From: Alphaproteobacteria bacterium
Lineage (GTDB): Bacteria > Pseudomonadota > Alphaproteobacteria > Rs-D84
Assembly: GCA_017554365.1 (NCBI GenBank)
Contig: JAFZIM010000052.1
Coordinates: 1 to 41,526, forward strand
Length of the DNA: 41,526 nucleotides
Direction of reading: 5' to 3'
Shown piece by piece: positions 32,361 through 41,526 of this stretch. The stretch's first letter is position 1, and every line of letters begins with the position of its first letter. The notes below the pieces were generated by a model. That model was not told the origin of the DNA. It searched no databases and saw only the letters and a list, made by a program, of their open reading frames with translations. Position numbers and translations under genes: made by a program.

Positions 32361-34691
32361 TTATTTACAATAACCCCACAATTTATTTGTACCGGTGTTT
32401 TTATAGAATGTTTCGTTCAAAGTATCACCAGTCGTATCGTGTTTACCATCTGCTTGGGAATCAATCCATGGAGTATCAACCCATGTTCCTGATTGTTCTT
32501 TACATTCAGCAGCAATTTCATTAACTAAACTTTGTTTAAGTGTTCTGAATACTTTATCTACATCAGCCAACAAAGATTCTGACAATACCCCAGATGTGCT
32601 CGAAGGACGAGTGCAATTTTGTAAAGCATATCTTACCAGTTGTTGATATAAACTGCCGATATAATATTCGCCACATTGTTGATAAAGAACAGAATAATCG
32701 CCACCTGATAAAGGCGCTTCTGTTCCACCTGCACAGACATCGCCTGTTCTGCATGGACAGCAAGAAGTTGCAGTTCCACTTGATGCGTAATCTTTTTCTT
32801 GGGAATTAATGTCGCATAGATAGTAATTATATCTGCAACTGGTATATCTTTTGTTTGCTTCTTCTTTTTTGCAAATTAATGAATATTTTGATGAAGAATT
32901 ATAATCTTCTTTCTTGGTAATCAACAAATTAGATTTATCAAAAGGATTGATAATTGTTAAATTACATCTTGCATTATTTGCATATCTTTTATCCCCAGGT
33001 GAATATGTTCGGCAAGCATAAGGATAAGAGTGAACCGAATCGTTTTTTGATACAGCACATGTTTTTTGCACGAATTTTTCAAGTAGAGCAGGGCAACTTT
33101 GTTCAATAGTTGCATCTGTGATACCAGCCATCGTAGATACCAATAATTTTAATCCGTTCGGGCCACCACCATAAAGATTACTACATGCTTTTAATTTTTC
33201 TTGGCACATTTCTTCGGATGTTTCCAATTGTTGTCCTAAAGAAACCTCTGCAGAATTATCAGAAAAGTTTTTTAATTGTTCTGCTTTTTTCAAATAACAT
33301 GTATTCACTACACTTAAACATTCTGATTTAACCTGTTGAACACGTTGTTTTTGACCTTGATAAATTTCTACAATTGCTTGACGAAGAAATTCATCCCAAA
33401 CTTTATCTGCATTATCTGTGCATAAACTTAAACTTTTTTTCGCATAACTGCGTTTAGATTGTAATATTTTTACGAAGTCAGTATTTTGACGATTTGTTAA
33501 TACATCACCTTCTAAAGATATTTGATTCACAAATTGATAAAATTCAGCGGTGTATAATGGTTCGCCAGTTCTTTGGTTTAAATATTTTCCAGTTATGTCC
33601 AGACAATGAATATAATTTTTACCGCATGCAGTATCTTGGGTTAAATCTTCACGAACCTTTGAAATACAATCATTTAATGACAAATAATTATGTGCATTAT
33701 AATTTTCTAATCTTGCATCTTGCATTTGATGTCTTGTTGAACGAATAGCGGCGTTTGCTTCTGTTTTTTTACCAGCCAAAGTATTGGCCAACACTTCGCA
33801 ATCATTTTCAATATACATACCATACGCAGAAGCAACCATTTTTAAATCTGATTCTTTGCAATCTTCTTTTATAATTTCAGAACATTGTGCGTGAACTGCG
33901 TTATATAATGCTTCGCCTGAAAGATTCGCAATATCTGCACCACCAATTAAATCCGTAGTTGACCATATTTCTTTTAATTTTTTATCTGCTGAATCAGAAG
34001 AAGATGTAGATGATTTTTTTGTGTCTTTTAATACATTTGATATGTTGCTTAAAGTTTTTGCACTTTCTGATTTATCTTTTTTCATGGCCGCTTCACCTTC
34101 GGAAGCAGAACCCATTGCATGAACTTCATCTGCTGTTTTTGAAATAGCATCAATATTTATATCTTGGAAATCTTTTAAACTATCATTTGTTTGCGATAAT
34201 TTTTTTTCTGTGCCTTGGATTTCTTTTAAACGTGAAGAACAAACGCATCTGCGGTAAGTTTCATTTTGTATGGCACAAAATTGATCCATACAAGAAAAAT
34301 ATGAATCCCTGCAATTTGTATATTCTGCGCCAAAAGTTTTGGTTGTTTTTGTTGCGACAGATGCACGAGAAATTTGTTTTCTTGTTGCCGAACGTGAAGT
34401 TGTTGCCTTTCTTGTATTTATAGAATTTGTTGCAGCACGACTTTTAACAACTTTTTTTGATGATGTTGTTGTTCTTGTTGTTTTTTTATTTCGTGTCGTT
34501 GCAGAAATTTTTTTATTTTCGTTGTTTGAACGAGATGATGCCCTGTGTACAACATTTGTTGAATTTGTTGTTCTTGAATAAACCGCATTTTGTCCCGAAG
34601 AACGAGAAATATTATTGGATTGACGACCAGCCGCATTAGCAACGCTAATACACACAGAAACCCCCAGTAAAAAAAGAAATATTTTTCTCAT
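32361..34691 (-). CDS. P4: secreted cysteine-rich protein, divergent member of the same family (776 aa)
   Basis: Signal peptide MRKIFLFLLGVSVCISVANA. A basic S/T/R/K/N-rich region of about 110 aa follows. Signature CRDSYFSCMDQFCAIQNETYRRCVC lies at 34313-34239 with spacing identical to the other members. Later blocks align loosely with them (LYNAVHAQCSEIIKEDC…, ACGKNYIHCLD). The start is ambiguous: ATG at 34691 or TTG at 34718. Confidence 0.88.
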   Translation of the reverse strand: MRKIFLFLLGVSVCISVANAAGRQSNNISRSSGQNAVYSRTTNSTNVVHRASSRSNNENKKISATTRNKKTTRTTTSSKKVVKSRAATNSINTRKATTSRSATRKQISRASVATKTTKTFGAEYTNCRDSYFSCMDQFCAIQNETYRRCVCSSRLKEIQGTEKKLSQTNDSLKDFQDINIDAISKTADEVHAMGSASEGEAAMKKDKSESAKTLSNISNVLKDTKKSSTSSSDSADKKLKEIWSTTDLIGGADIANLSGEALYNAVHAQCSEIIKEDCKESDLKMVASAYGMYIENDCEVLANTLAGKKTEANAAIRSTRHQMQDARLENYNAHNYLSLNDCISKVREDLTQDTACGKNYIHCLDITGKYLNQRTGEPLYTAEFYQFVNQISLEGDVLTNRQNTDFVKILQSKRSYAKKSLSLCTDNADKVWDEFLRQAIVEIYQGQKQRVQQVKSECLSVVNTCYLKKAEQLKNFSDNSAEVSLGQQLETSEEMCQEKLKACSNLYGGGPNGLKLLVSTMAGITDATIEQSCPALLEKFVQKTCAVSKNDSVHSYPYACRTYSPGDKRYANNARCNLTIINPFDKSNLLITKKEDYNSSSKYSLICKKEEANKRYTSCRYNYYLCDINSQEKDYASSGTATSCCPCRTGDVCAGGTEAPLSGGDYSVLYQQCGEYYIGSLYQQLVRYALQNCTRPSSTSGVLSESLLADVDKVFRTLKQSLVNEIAAECKEQSGTWVDTPWIDSQADGKHDTTGDTLNETFYKNTGTNKLWGYCK

Positions 34692-34761
34692 TCCTATACT
34701 TTTAAATAATAATAACAAAAATAAGATATTTTAAGCAAGAATATTTTAAATAAATTTCGCA

Positions 34762-34787
34762 ATAAAAAAATCCACATATTGTGGATT
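34762..34787 (-). terminator. Rho-independent terminator after infA
   Basis: On the minus strand: AATCCAC / GTGGATT stem (34787-34781 and 34775-34769), 5-nt loop, then a T-run (complement of the A-run at 34762-34770). Confidence 0.7.
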
Positions 34788-34791
34788 CTTT

Positions 34792-35043
34792 TTAATGATT
34801 TGGTGCAGATTCATTTGCTGCACGTGTTCTTTCTACAAAAGTTATTCGACCTTTGTCTAAATCATAAGGTGTCATTTCTACATGGACTTTTTCCCCAATG
34901 TTAACCCAGATACGTGCTTTACGCATTTTTCCACATACGGTTGCCAAAATAACATGTCCGTTATCCAATTTAACACGGAACATTGTGTTTGGTAAACTTT
35001 CTTCAACAACACCAGAAAAAACGATTACATCATCTTTTGCCAT
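34792..35043 (-). CDS. infA: Translation initiation factor IF-1
   Basis: [69 protein letters not shown] is the canonical S1-like IF-1. I trimmed the start to the ATG at 35043, which is preceded by AAAGG. It has a C-terminal extension of about 11 aa. Confidence 0.95.
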   Translation of the reverse strand: MAKDDVIVFSGVVEESLPNTMFRVKLDNGHVILATVCGKMRKARIWVNIGEKVHVEMTPYDLDKGRITFVERTRAANESAPNH

Positions 35044-35115
35044 TATTAACCTTTTGTTTTTTACAACACAAATGATATTAGTCATAAAAATAAATTGCAA
35101 GAAGTTTTTATATAC

Positions 35116-35144
35116 TTGCAAGATTTAATATTTTTTGATAAAAT
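35116..35144 (+). promoter_or_regulatory. Promoter candidate with extended -10 for the P5-P6 operon
   Basis: TTGCAA (35116-35121), 17-nt spacer, TAAAAT (35139-35144), TG at 35136-35137. The string TGATAAAAT is the same as upstream of P1. Confidence 0.45.
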
Positions 35145-35170
35145 ACATATACAATGTAGGAATGTATCAG

Positions 35171-37372
35171 ATGAAAAAAATGAAATTTTTGTTGGTTTTA
35201 TTGATGTTTCCGGCTGTTGCGTTTGCTGCGGGTCGTGGTGATGGTGCTGCTCGTGTTGGAATGAGTAGTAGGGGTTCACAGGCAGGGGCAAGAATGTCTA
35301 TCACATCTTTAGATGTTAAAGAAGCCGCATCAAAAGCTCCAATTTCTACAAAAGTTGAAGAACCAGAAGAAGTCGAAGAAATCGTCGAAGTCGTTGAAAA
35401 ACCGGCAAAAAAGACGACTAAGGTTGTTGTAAAAGAAGTTGAAGAATCAGAAGAAATAGAAGAAACAAAATCTTCTAAGGGTTCAGATGATTGTCGTGAA
35501 TCATATCGTGATTGTATGGATCAATTCTGTTTATTAGACGAAAGTCAGGGTGAACGTTGTGCTTGTTCTGATAATATAGAATTAGCAAAAAGTAAAATTA
35601 AGGCCGTTTTAGATATTCAAGCAGAAGCAGATAAATTGTTTACAGAAGGTGTGGAACGTGAACAATTAGGTGCTAAGGCAAGATTGGTATTCACAGAAAA
35701 TTCCGGAAACAAAGGCGTTTCAGGAACTAATTTCTTGGCGTGGCTTGGTGGTGAAAGCGACGACGAAGATGATGATGTTGGTGAAGATGTCACAATGGGT
35801 GATGATTTATACCAAATGGCTGTGAAATATTGTTCTGCTGAATTAGAATCTTGTGGTTCAAAGGGCGAAATGGAAGCGATGTTATATACTCGTATGATTA
35901 CCCAAGATTGTAAAAATTATGATGCTTATTTAAAAGATCAAAAAGCAAATGCAGAATCTAATAAACGTATTGCAGAATCTGCTGTGCGTAAGGCACGTCT
36001 TGAAATGCTTGATACAACCAATAAATACAATCGTGGTGAATGTTTGTTGGCTTATCGTGCATGTATAGCAGATAAGGGTGGTTGTGGAACTAATTTTGAA
36101 AACTGCCTTGATAAAAAATTATTAGAACGTCGTTCAAATGCTTGTGAAAACATATTGGATCAATGTATGGCTGTTCGTGATTATGTTAAACAAGATTGGG
36201 CCCAAGAATCAAAAAGTGTTTTGGAAGAAGCAGCAAAATATGCTGATAAAAATAGACGTGGAACATGTTTGGCTCAGGCACAATTCTGTTTGGAAGAAAG
36301 TTGTTCTACATCAACAAATGCAGAATGTTTAACAAATGTAAATGTTGCTGCTGGAATTTGTCCTATTATTACAGAATGTGAAGAAATTATCCCAGGATTC
36401 CAAGGTGTTATAAATGATAAATTGGGATTTTTGAGAACAAAATTCTGTGAAAATGATATTGATAAATGTTTGCGTGATAAATGTGGTCAAGATTTCACAA
36501 AGCCAGAATGTGTTGGTAAAAAACCTTATGAAATCGCTGCTTTGTGTCCACAAGATATGTTCCCATCATGTAATGGTGCTGCACAATATGACATAATCGT
36601 TCAATCTGCGATTTTACAGATGGATTATCAGATGTTGCAGGGCTGTGTGAATTATTTCGGTGAACAATTATCAAAAGTTTGTGGAACAGATATGGCTTGC
36701 TTGCCAATTGACGCAACAATTGAAGCATTGACAGATTTACCAGACACCGAAGAAGGTTTGGCAAAATTACGTAAACAGGTTGTTGCAAATTCTGATGCCG
36801 CAGTTGAAGAATTCTTTGCACAATTTGAACGTGATAAAACCGTTTCTGCTTGTGCTGACTCTCAATCTGTTGAAACCAAGAAAGTCAAAGGTAAAAATTC
36901 TTTGGGTGTAAGCGTATTTAATTCTGCTAAATTATTGGCAAAAATGTCTGCTGAAAATCGTAATATACGTGAATTAGATTCCAAGATTGCTGAATTGGCA
37001 CGTAAAAAAGATTTGGCAGAAGCAAAAGAAATTTGCTTGAAGACATATAAACCTGAAAAACCAGATAATTCAAAGTCAAATTATAGTTATATACACACAG
37101 TATCATTTGAACCTAATTTACGTAATTGTCACGTATGTCGTATGCAACAAGTATGTGAAGAAGGTGGCGAATCCAAGGCAACATCTGCGTTGAAAGCGGC
37201 GGCTGGTGGTTTGTCTGCTGGTGCATCTGCTGGAACAATGATAAGTGCTGGTTGGGGAACTGCTATCGGTGGTGTCGTCGGTGCTGTTGGTGCCGGTGTA
37301 ATGGGTGCTATGTCCGGTGGTAAAAAAGAATTCTGTCAGGAAATTGAATCCTGCGAAGATATTAATATGTAG
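35171..37372 (+). CDS. P5: cysteine-rich protein of the same family with a glycine-zipper-like segment inserted in the C-terminal Cys tail (733 aa)
   Basis: ATG at 35171 is 8 nt after AGGAA. Signal peptide MKKMKFLLVLLMFPAVAFA. Signature CRESYRDCMDQFCLLDESQGERCAC at 35492-35566. Gly/Ala segment AAAGGLSAGASAGTMISAGWGTAIGGVVGAVGAGVMGAMSGG at about 37187-37320. Ends CQEIESCEDINM. Confidence 0.9.
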   Translation: MKKMKFLLVLLMFPAVAFAAGRGDGAARVGMSSRGSQAGARMSITSLDVKEAASKAPISTKVEEPEEVEEIVEVVEKPAKKTTKVVVKEVEESEEIEETKSSKGSDDCRESYRDCMDQFCLLDESQGERCACSDNIELAKSKIKAVLDIQAEADKLFTEGVEREQLGAKARLVFTENSGNKGVSGTNFLAWLGGESDDEDDDVGEDVTMGDDLYQMAVKYCSAELESCGSKGEMEAMLYTRMITQDCKNYDAYLKDQKANAESNKRIAESAVRKARLEMLDTTNKYNRGECLLAYRACIADKGGCGTNFENCLDKKLLERRSNACENILDQCMAVRDYVKQDWAQESKSVLEEAAKYADKNRRGTCLAQAQFCLEESCSTSTNAECLTNVNVAAGICPIITECEEIIPGFQGVINDKLGFLRTKFCENDIDKCLRDKCGQDFTKPECVGKKPYEIAALCPQDMFPSCNGAAQYDIIVQSAILQMDYQMLQGCVNYFGEQLSKVCGTDMACLPIDATIEALTDLPDTEEGLAKLRKQVVANSDAAVEEFFAQFERDKTVSACADSQSVETKKVKGKNSLGVSVFNSAKLLAKMSAENRNIRELDSKIAELARKKDLAEAKEICLKTYKPEKPDNSKSNYSYIHTVSFEPNLRNCHVCRMQQVCEEGGESKATSALKAAAGGLSAGASAGTMISAGWGTAIGGVVGAVGAGVMGAMSGGKKEFCQEIESCEDINM

Positions 37373-37393
37373 AAATAATTGGGAGAGAAAACC

Positions 37394-39871
37394 ATGAAAA
37401 AAATATTTAATCTTGGTTTAATAGTTGGGTTAATAGGTATCACTTTGACACCTTGTGATGGATTTGCTGCGGCTGCTAAATCAGCCAAAAAGCAATCTGC
37501 TTTGCAAGGCGGAACAAAGGTACGTGCAAAAACGGAAGCCAAGGGTATTTATAAACAGGAATGTTATGATAAATATTATGGTTGTATGGACCAATTCTGC
37601 ATAGCTGATAATGAAAACGGCGGTTCTTGTATGTGTAGTGATGATGCTGCAAAATACGATGAACAACTTGAATCTATCAAGAAAACTTTGACAGAAGCAG
37701 AACGTATCAGATTAGAAGAAGTTGAAAAGGTTAAAGCCGGTGCTAATGCTGACATTATCTTTGGTACAGGTGAAAGAGTTTACAATGATGATGGTAGTGT
37801 TGTAAAAGTTGGCGAAAAGAAAAAAGAATCTGCCACTTCTTTCAATATGCCTTCTTTGTATGATGAAGAAGATGAAGAATTCGATGATGAATGGGAAGAT
37901 ATAGATTTATCAGACAAAGTTGGTAAAGAATTATATAATGCTGCAAATGAATTGTGTAAAAATCAAATGCCTGATTCTTGTTCCAGCGATATGACAATGT
38001 TAGTTCAAATGTATTCACGTCAGATAATTTCTGATTGTAAAGGTTTAGCAAATAGTATCGCTGTAAAGAAAGCAGAAGCGGATGCTGCATTGAATGCTGC
38101 AAAAGCAGAAGTACGTGGCGCTTTGAAAGAAAGTTTAGAAGAATCTAATAAATATGACCGCGGAACATGTATGGTTGAATATAAAAAATGTATGAAGAGT
38201 ACAGATGCATGTGGTCCAGATTGGGAAAATTGCGTATTTACAATCGCATCTGAAAATATGCAAAATAATTCTTCTGAAAGTGTTATAGGAACACAAGTTG
38301 ACACAATTAGTAAATATAAAATCACAGCGTCAACTTTGGAAATATTGCAATCTAAACGTTTTATTTGTGAAAAGGTTTTAGATAGTTGTATTGCTGTTCG
38401 TGATTACATCTGGGACGATTTCTTAAGAGAAGCCGCACCAACAATCAGATTGGCAGAACAAAATATTGAATCTAAGAAAAGACAATCTTGCCTTGGTGAT
38501 ATTTCTAAGTGTATCCAAAAAGCATGTAAAGATGATATCGAAGGCAAGGGTGTAGATACAATGGATGCGTGCTTGGCACGTCCTGATATGGCTCGTTCTT
38601 TCTGTAAAGTTCAATTGGACCCATGCGAAAGAATGGAACCACAAATTTGGGATTATGTAAAAAGTAAATTGGCTGCTATGCGTGTAGATTCTTGCACAAA
38701 AGAAGTCAAAGATTGCTTTACAGCAGAAGATCGTTGTGGACCTGATTTCATGAATTGTATAGGTATGGATTTCAATTACATTCATGATATGTGCCCATTG
38801 GATAAATTGGTGACATGTAAACAATCTAATCCTGATTTCAAAATGTCAGATTTGGATTCTATGTTGATGGGATTGTATTTGAATATTGATAACAAGGCAT
38901 TGGATAACTGCCAGAAATTAGCAGAAGATAAAATGGTAGAATTATGTGGTTCTACAACAGATTGTAATTCATTTGCTTCTGATGAATACCTTGGTACAGG
39001 TTCTATAAAATCTCAGAAAGATGAAACTGTATATCGTGTGACAGGTATGATTTCATTTGGATCTATCAAAATGGGTGATGCAAGTGGTTCTGTAAAAGAT
39101 GGCGGACAAGTTTTGAAACCAGGTGAAATTGGTGTTAAAGATTATATCGCAGAAGTAAAGAAGAAAAACAAAGATGTCCCTGGGGCAGATGGTATTATAT
39201 CTTCTATTGAAGAAGAATTGAATAATATTGCTGGCACAATTAACAGAGCAATTTCTTTGATTGAATCAGACACAAGAATACAATATTGTATAACTGGTCG
39301 TGATTTAAGCCAAATCAATGGTAAAGAAAACAAGAGAGGCGAAAATCAAACAGAAGCTCGTTTCCCAACATTGTTAAATCAGTATCGTGTTATGATTGGT
39401 ATGGCTGCATTAAGAAAAGCACAAGACAATTATAACAAGAAAGTGACAGCTGCTATTGAAGAAGCCGCAAAAAGTTCTTCAGATGACGTTGCTGAATTTA
39501 TGTGCCATAAGATTGGGGATATGGGAAATACTTCTTATGATTTAAGTAAATTGTCAGAACAAAAACCTTTAACCAGCCCATTTGCAATATCTTATGATGT
39601 TGGTGTTGGATTAAAGACAGAAACATTGATGACAGGTGGTGTTGGTAAAATCCAAGAAGGTGGCGATACATTCACATATCGTGGCAGAACATCTAAGAAT
39701 TCAGGTGTTTTGAAAGAACGTGAAGCAACATTTAATCGTCAAACACGTACATGTCATGTTTGCACGACCACAACCACAACTTCATGTAAGAATATGACAA
39801 AATATTTCAAATCTGAAAGTGATTGTAAGGTTGAAGCAGGCGAACCTATATGTGAAGATATACAAATGTAA
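37394..39871 (+). CDS. P6: secreted cysteine-rich protein of the same family (825 aa)
   Basis: ATG at 37394 is 6 nt after GGGAGAG and 21 nt after the P5 stop. Signal peptide MKKIFNLGLIVGLIGITLTPCDGFA. Signature CYDKYYGCMDQFCIADNENGGSCMC at 37562-37636. Tail CHVCTTTTTTSCKNMTKYFKSESDCKVEAGEPICEDIQM. Confidence 0.92.
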   Translation: MKKIFNLGLIVGLIGITLTPCDGFAAAAKSAKKQSALQGGTKVRAKTEAKGIYKQECYDKYYGCMDQFCIADNENGGSCMCSDDAAKYDEQLESIKKTLTEAERIRLEEVEKVKAGANADIIFGTGERVYNDDGSVVKVGEKKKESATSFNMPSLYDEEDEEFDDEWEDIDLSDKVGKELYNAANELCKNQMPDSCSSDMTMLVQMYSRQIISDCKGLANSIAVKKAEADAALNAAKAEVRGALKESLEESNKYDRGTCMVEYKKCMKSTDACGPDWENCVFTIASENMQNNSSESVIGTQVDTISKYKITASTLEILQSKRFICEKVLDSCIAVRDYIWDDFLREAAPTIRLAEQNIESKKRQSCLGDISKCIQKACKDDIEGKGVDTMDACLARPDMARSFCKVQLDPCERMEPQIWDYVKSKLAAMRVDSCTKEVKDCFTAEDRCGPDFMNCIGMDFNYIHDMCPLDKLVTCKQSNPDFKMSDLDSMLMGLYLNIDNKALDNCQKLAEDKMVELCGSTTDCNSFASDEYLGTGSIKSQKDETVYRVTGMISFGSIKMGDASGSVKDGGQVLKPGEIGVKDYIAEVKKKNKDVPGADGIISSIEEELNNIAGTINRAISLIESDTRIQYCITGRDLSQINGKENKRGENQTEARFPTLLNQYRVMIGMAALRKAQDNYNKKVTAAIEEAAKSSSDDVAEFMCHKIGDMGNTSYDLSKLSEQKPLTSPFAISYDVGVGLKTETLMTGGVGKIQEGGDTFTYRGRTSKNSGVLKEREATFNRQTRTCHVCTTTTTTSCKNMTKYFKSESDCKVEAGEPICEDIQM

Positions 39872-39901
39872 TTCACAAAAGATATATTCCTAGATAATAA
39901 T

Positions 39902-39927
39902 AAACCGCCGTTATGGCGGTTTATTTA
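39902..39927 (+). terminator. Rho-independent terminator after P6
   Basis: AAACCGCC (39902-39909) / GGCGGTTT (39915-39922), loop GTTAT, with a T-rich trailing sequence. Confidence 0.65.
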
Positions 39928-40011
39928 TATTGTCAAATCGTTCCTAGATATTTTTAAGGTGGTCTTTGGTATAATACAGATGTGTACAAACAAAACCAAG
40001 GGAGAAATATA

Positions 40012-40356
40012 ATGAAAAAAATATCTTTGTTTGCAATGATGGCGATAGTCCCAATGTGTGGTGCTATGGCCGGACAAAATAAAAACATGAATTATAAACA
40101 ACCTACATATTGGTCTGTGACAGAAGTTATGACTTTGCCAGATAATTCACCTGTTGTAATGCGTGGTCGTATTACAAAAAATATGGGTGAACAAATGTAT
40201 TTGTTTGAAGATTCTTCAGGTAATATTGTTATGGAAATAGATGAAGAAGATTGGAATGGAAATACAGTTCGTGTAAATGATGTTGTGACCATTTATGGAA
40301 AAGTTGATAAAGGTTCTGATAGTGTAGAAATAGATGTGGAATCTATTGAAAAATAA
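40012..40356 (+). CDS. YgiW/YdeI-family periplasmic bacterial OB-fold (BOF) protein
   Basis: Signal peptide MKKISLFAMMAIVPMCGAMA. The core LRGRITKNMGEQMYLFEDSSGNIVMEIDEEDWNGNTVRVNDVVTIYGKVDKGSDSVEIDVESIEK parallels E. coli YgiW (…YVFKDASGTINVDIDHKRWNG…VEIDV…) as I recall it. Confidence 0.8.
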   Translation: MKKISLFAMMAIVPMCGAMAGQNKNMNYKQPTYWSVTEVMTLPDNSPVVMRGRITKNMGEQMYLFEDSSGNIVMEIDEEDWNGNTVRVNDVVTIYGKVDKGSDSVEIDVESIEK

Positions 40357-40358
40357 AA

Positions 40359-40381
40359 ATGCCCGCAAGGGCATTTTTTTA
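40359..40381 (+). terminator. Rho-independent terminator after the ygiW-like gene
   Basis: ATGCCC (40359-40364) / GGGCAT (40369-40374), loop GCAA, T-run at 40375-40381. Confidence 0.75.
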
Positions 40382-40427
40382 TTTGTTCTTTTTTTATGTT
40401 GTTTTTTGTGATATAATTATATTTGAT

Positions 40428-41399
40428 ATGAGAATCTTGAAATATATACCTTTTATGATTATGTGTATGTTTGCAAATACTGCTATGGCGGGTTGGCAAT
40501 ATAATGGTTATTACATAAAAGATGGTTATTATTCTGATGATGGTTCAAGATTTATAATTGGTTTTAATGGCGGGCTGTCTTGGGGTAATGCATCTATTAC
40601 AAATGAAGTTGGCAGTTTACAGGCATCGTATTATATGAATTCTACTACTGGTGTTGTTATATCTGGTACAGCGTATGCTTTGCTTGATTCAACACAACAG
40701 GCAGAATATGTTGATATTGGTATTGGTGATGTATCTGAATTAAAAGCAAAAAAAGATTTTTCTAAAACTGCTTTTGCTGCGGGTGCTTATATTGGATTTA
40801 CAATACCTAATCATCCACAATGGCGTTTACAGGCGGGATATGACCATATTGCAGAAACTGATTATGACAGAATACCTTTGTTCGAAGGTGATATATCTTT
40901 GACAAGTGGATATAGCGCACATGTGTATAGCAGTGGTGTTAAATCTACGATTACGACAGACATTATATCAATAATGGCGGTATATGATTTCTTTGAAGGA
41001 AATACAAAACCTATGAATACTATAATCCCTTATGTTGGCATAGGGGCAGGATATTCAATGTCAAAAACAACATTAAAATTAACAGATATATTTGGTGATT
41101 TATCTCAAGATGCAGATTTAATAAATTATGGAACTTTGGAAAATGGTATTTTGGTTTTTGATAATCCAAATGGTTCTGATAAATATCCAACATCTAATAA
41201 TATTGCGTTGTTGGGGACACTTGGTATTTCTTATGGGATAAATGAATATACATATCTTGATTTAAATGCGCGTGTAATGTATGTTCCAAAAATCAGTTGG
41301 CAGATAGCCAATTCAGATGGAACACAACATCGTGATTGGTTCGGTGCTGAAAATATGATATACAGCAACGTTATGTTGGGTTTAAGATTTGAATTTTAA
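40428..41399 (+). CDS. Outer-membrane beta-barrel protein (porin/OMP_b-brl-like), 323 aa
   Basis: Signal peptide MRILKYIPFMIMCMFANTAMA. Alternating hydrophobic pattern rich in Gly, Tyr, Ser and Thr. C-terminal beta-signal …NVMLGLRFEF ends in Phe. Start trimmed from 40359, which lies inside the terminator hairpin. Confidence 0.65.
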   Translation: MRILKYIPFMIMCMFANTAMAGWQYNGYYIKDGYYSDDGSRFIIGFNGGLSWGNASITNEVGSLQASYYMNSTTGVVISGTAYALLDSTQQAEYVDIGIGDVSELKAKKDFSKTAFAAGAYIGFTIPNHPQWRLQAGYDHIAETDYDRIPLFEGDISLTSGYSAHVYSSGVKSTITTDIISIMAVYDFFEGNTKPMNTIIPYVGIGAGYSMSKTTLKLTDIFGDLSQDADLINYGTLENGILVFDNPNGSDKYPTSNNIALLGTLGISYGINEYTYLDLNARVMYVPKISWQIANSDGTQHRDWFGAENMIYSNVMLGLRFEF

Positions 41400-41403
41400 T
41401 TTA

Positions 41404-41526
41404 TTAAAACCAAGAATTTGAAACGGGTTCTTTGAATATACTTGCTGGGTCAACAGCATTTTTTCCACGTCTGACTTCCAAATACATTTCATTACGATTA
41501 GGATTCATACGACCAATAGGTTCGCC
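41404..41526 (-). CDS. C-terminal fragment of a LytM/M23-domain protein (EnvC/NlpD-like, apparently degenerate active site); gene runs off the 3' edge
   Basis: Reverse-strand translation is GEPIGRMNPNRNEMYLEVRRGKNAVDPASIFKEPVSNSWF*. It resembles the …LYFEIRRQGQAVNP… ends of EnvC/NlpD. Only 40 aa are visible. Confidence 0.5.
   Translation of the reverse strand, partial: GEPIGRMNPNRNEMYLEVRRGKNAVDPASIFKEPVSNSWF

Noticed and set aside
35234-35242. RGD tripeptide (AFA/AGRGDGAARVG) at the predicted mature N-terminus of P5, as a possible integrin-binding motif.
   Set aside because: A tripeptide is expected by chance in this many residues. It is not conserved in the other paralogs (P1 has PRGGRTGG, P4 has GRQSNN).
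37436-37456. Possible lipoprotein lipoboxes: LTPC in P6 (Cys codon at 37454-37456) and MATC in P7 (about 22765-22776).
   Set aside because: Pro or Thr at position -1 and Met at -3 fit the L-[AS]-[GA]-C consensus poorly. A signal-peptidase-I site (GFA/A) follows in both. I left both as generic signal peptides pending LipoP/SignalP.
40359-40427. N-terminal extension of the OMP ORF (MPARAFFYLFFFYVVF…) starting at 40359. The same applies to upstream extensions of the ORFs at 1182, 13175, 22696, 26729, 35135, 37379, 39982 and 35121.
   Set aside because: The extension starts inside the ygiW-like terminator hairpin and T-run. In each listed case an internal ATG with a better SD gives a canonical signal peptide or the conserved protein N-terminus.

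Overview
AT-rich bacterial chromosomal segment, standard genetic code. It is probably from an alphaproteobacterium: it has a full-length CcrM-type adenine methyltransferase, and rpsM-rpsK-rpoA-rplQ has no rpsD (inference). The left third is the S10/spc/alpha ribosomal-protein cluster, from the rpsC 3' end through rplQ and including secY. rpmD and adk are absent. The rest carries ordinary housekeeping genes: ccrM, nrdR, an Slt-type lytic transglycosylase, rnhB, pgk, clpP, clpX, infA, a YgiW-like OB-fold protein, a beta-barrel OMP and a LytM/M23 3' fragment. Interleaved with these core genes are eight very large cysteine-rich ORFs that all begin with signal peptides. Together they cover about 20.2 kb, roughly 49% of the window. 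Six of them (P1 13229-16042, P2 16232-18817, P3 18820-21552, P4 32361-34691 minus strand, P5 35171-37372, P6 37394-39871) form one paralogous family that I cannot assign to any characterised family. They share an N-terminal five-Cys signature with invariant spacing, an acidic linker, many conserved Cys-containing blocks and, in four members, a C-terminal Cys tail ending C-E/T-D/E-I-x-aromatic/Met. Two members carry Gly/Ala-rich glycine-zipper hydrophobic segments, and each sits next to a paralog that lacks one. A seventh protein (P0, 7856-10780, 974 aa) has 16 CxxC motifs resembling eukaryotic furin/ephrin-receptor-like/VSP repeats. It lies exactly between rpsK and rpoA, and that junction has acquired a terminator and new promoters. 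An eighth (P7, 22711-24885) is Cys-rich with two glycine-zipper segments. I found no tRNA, rRNA, CRISPR, transposase or integrase. My leading hypothesis is a multigene, disulfide-rich envelope or surface protein system of a host-associated bacterium. All functional statements about it are inference.
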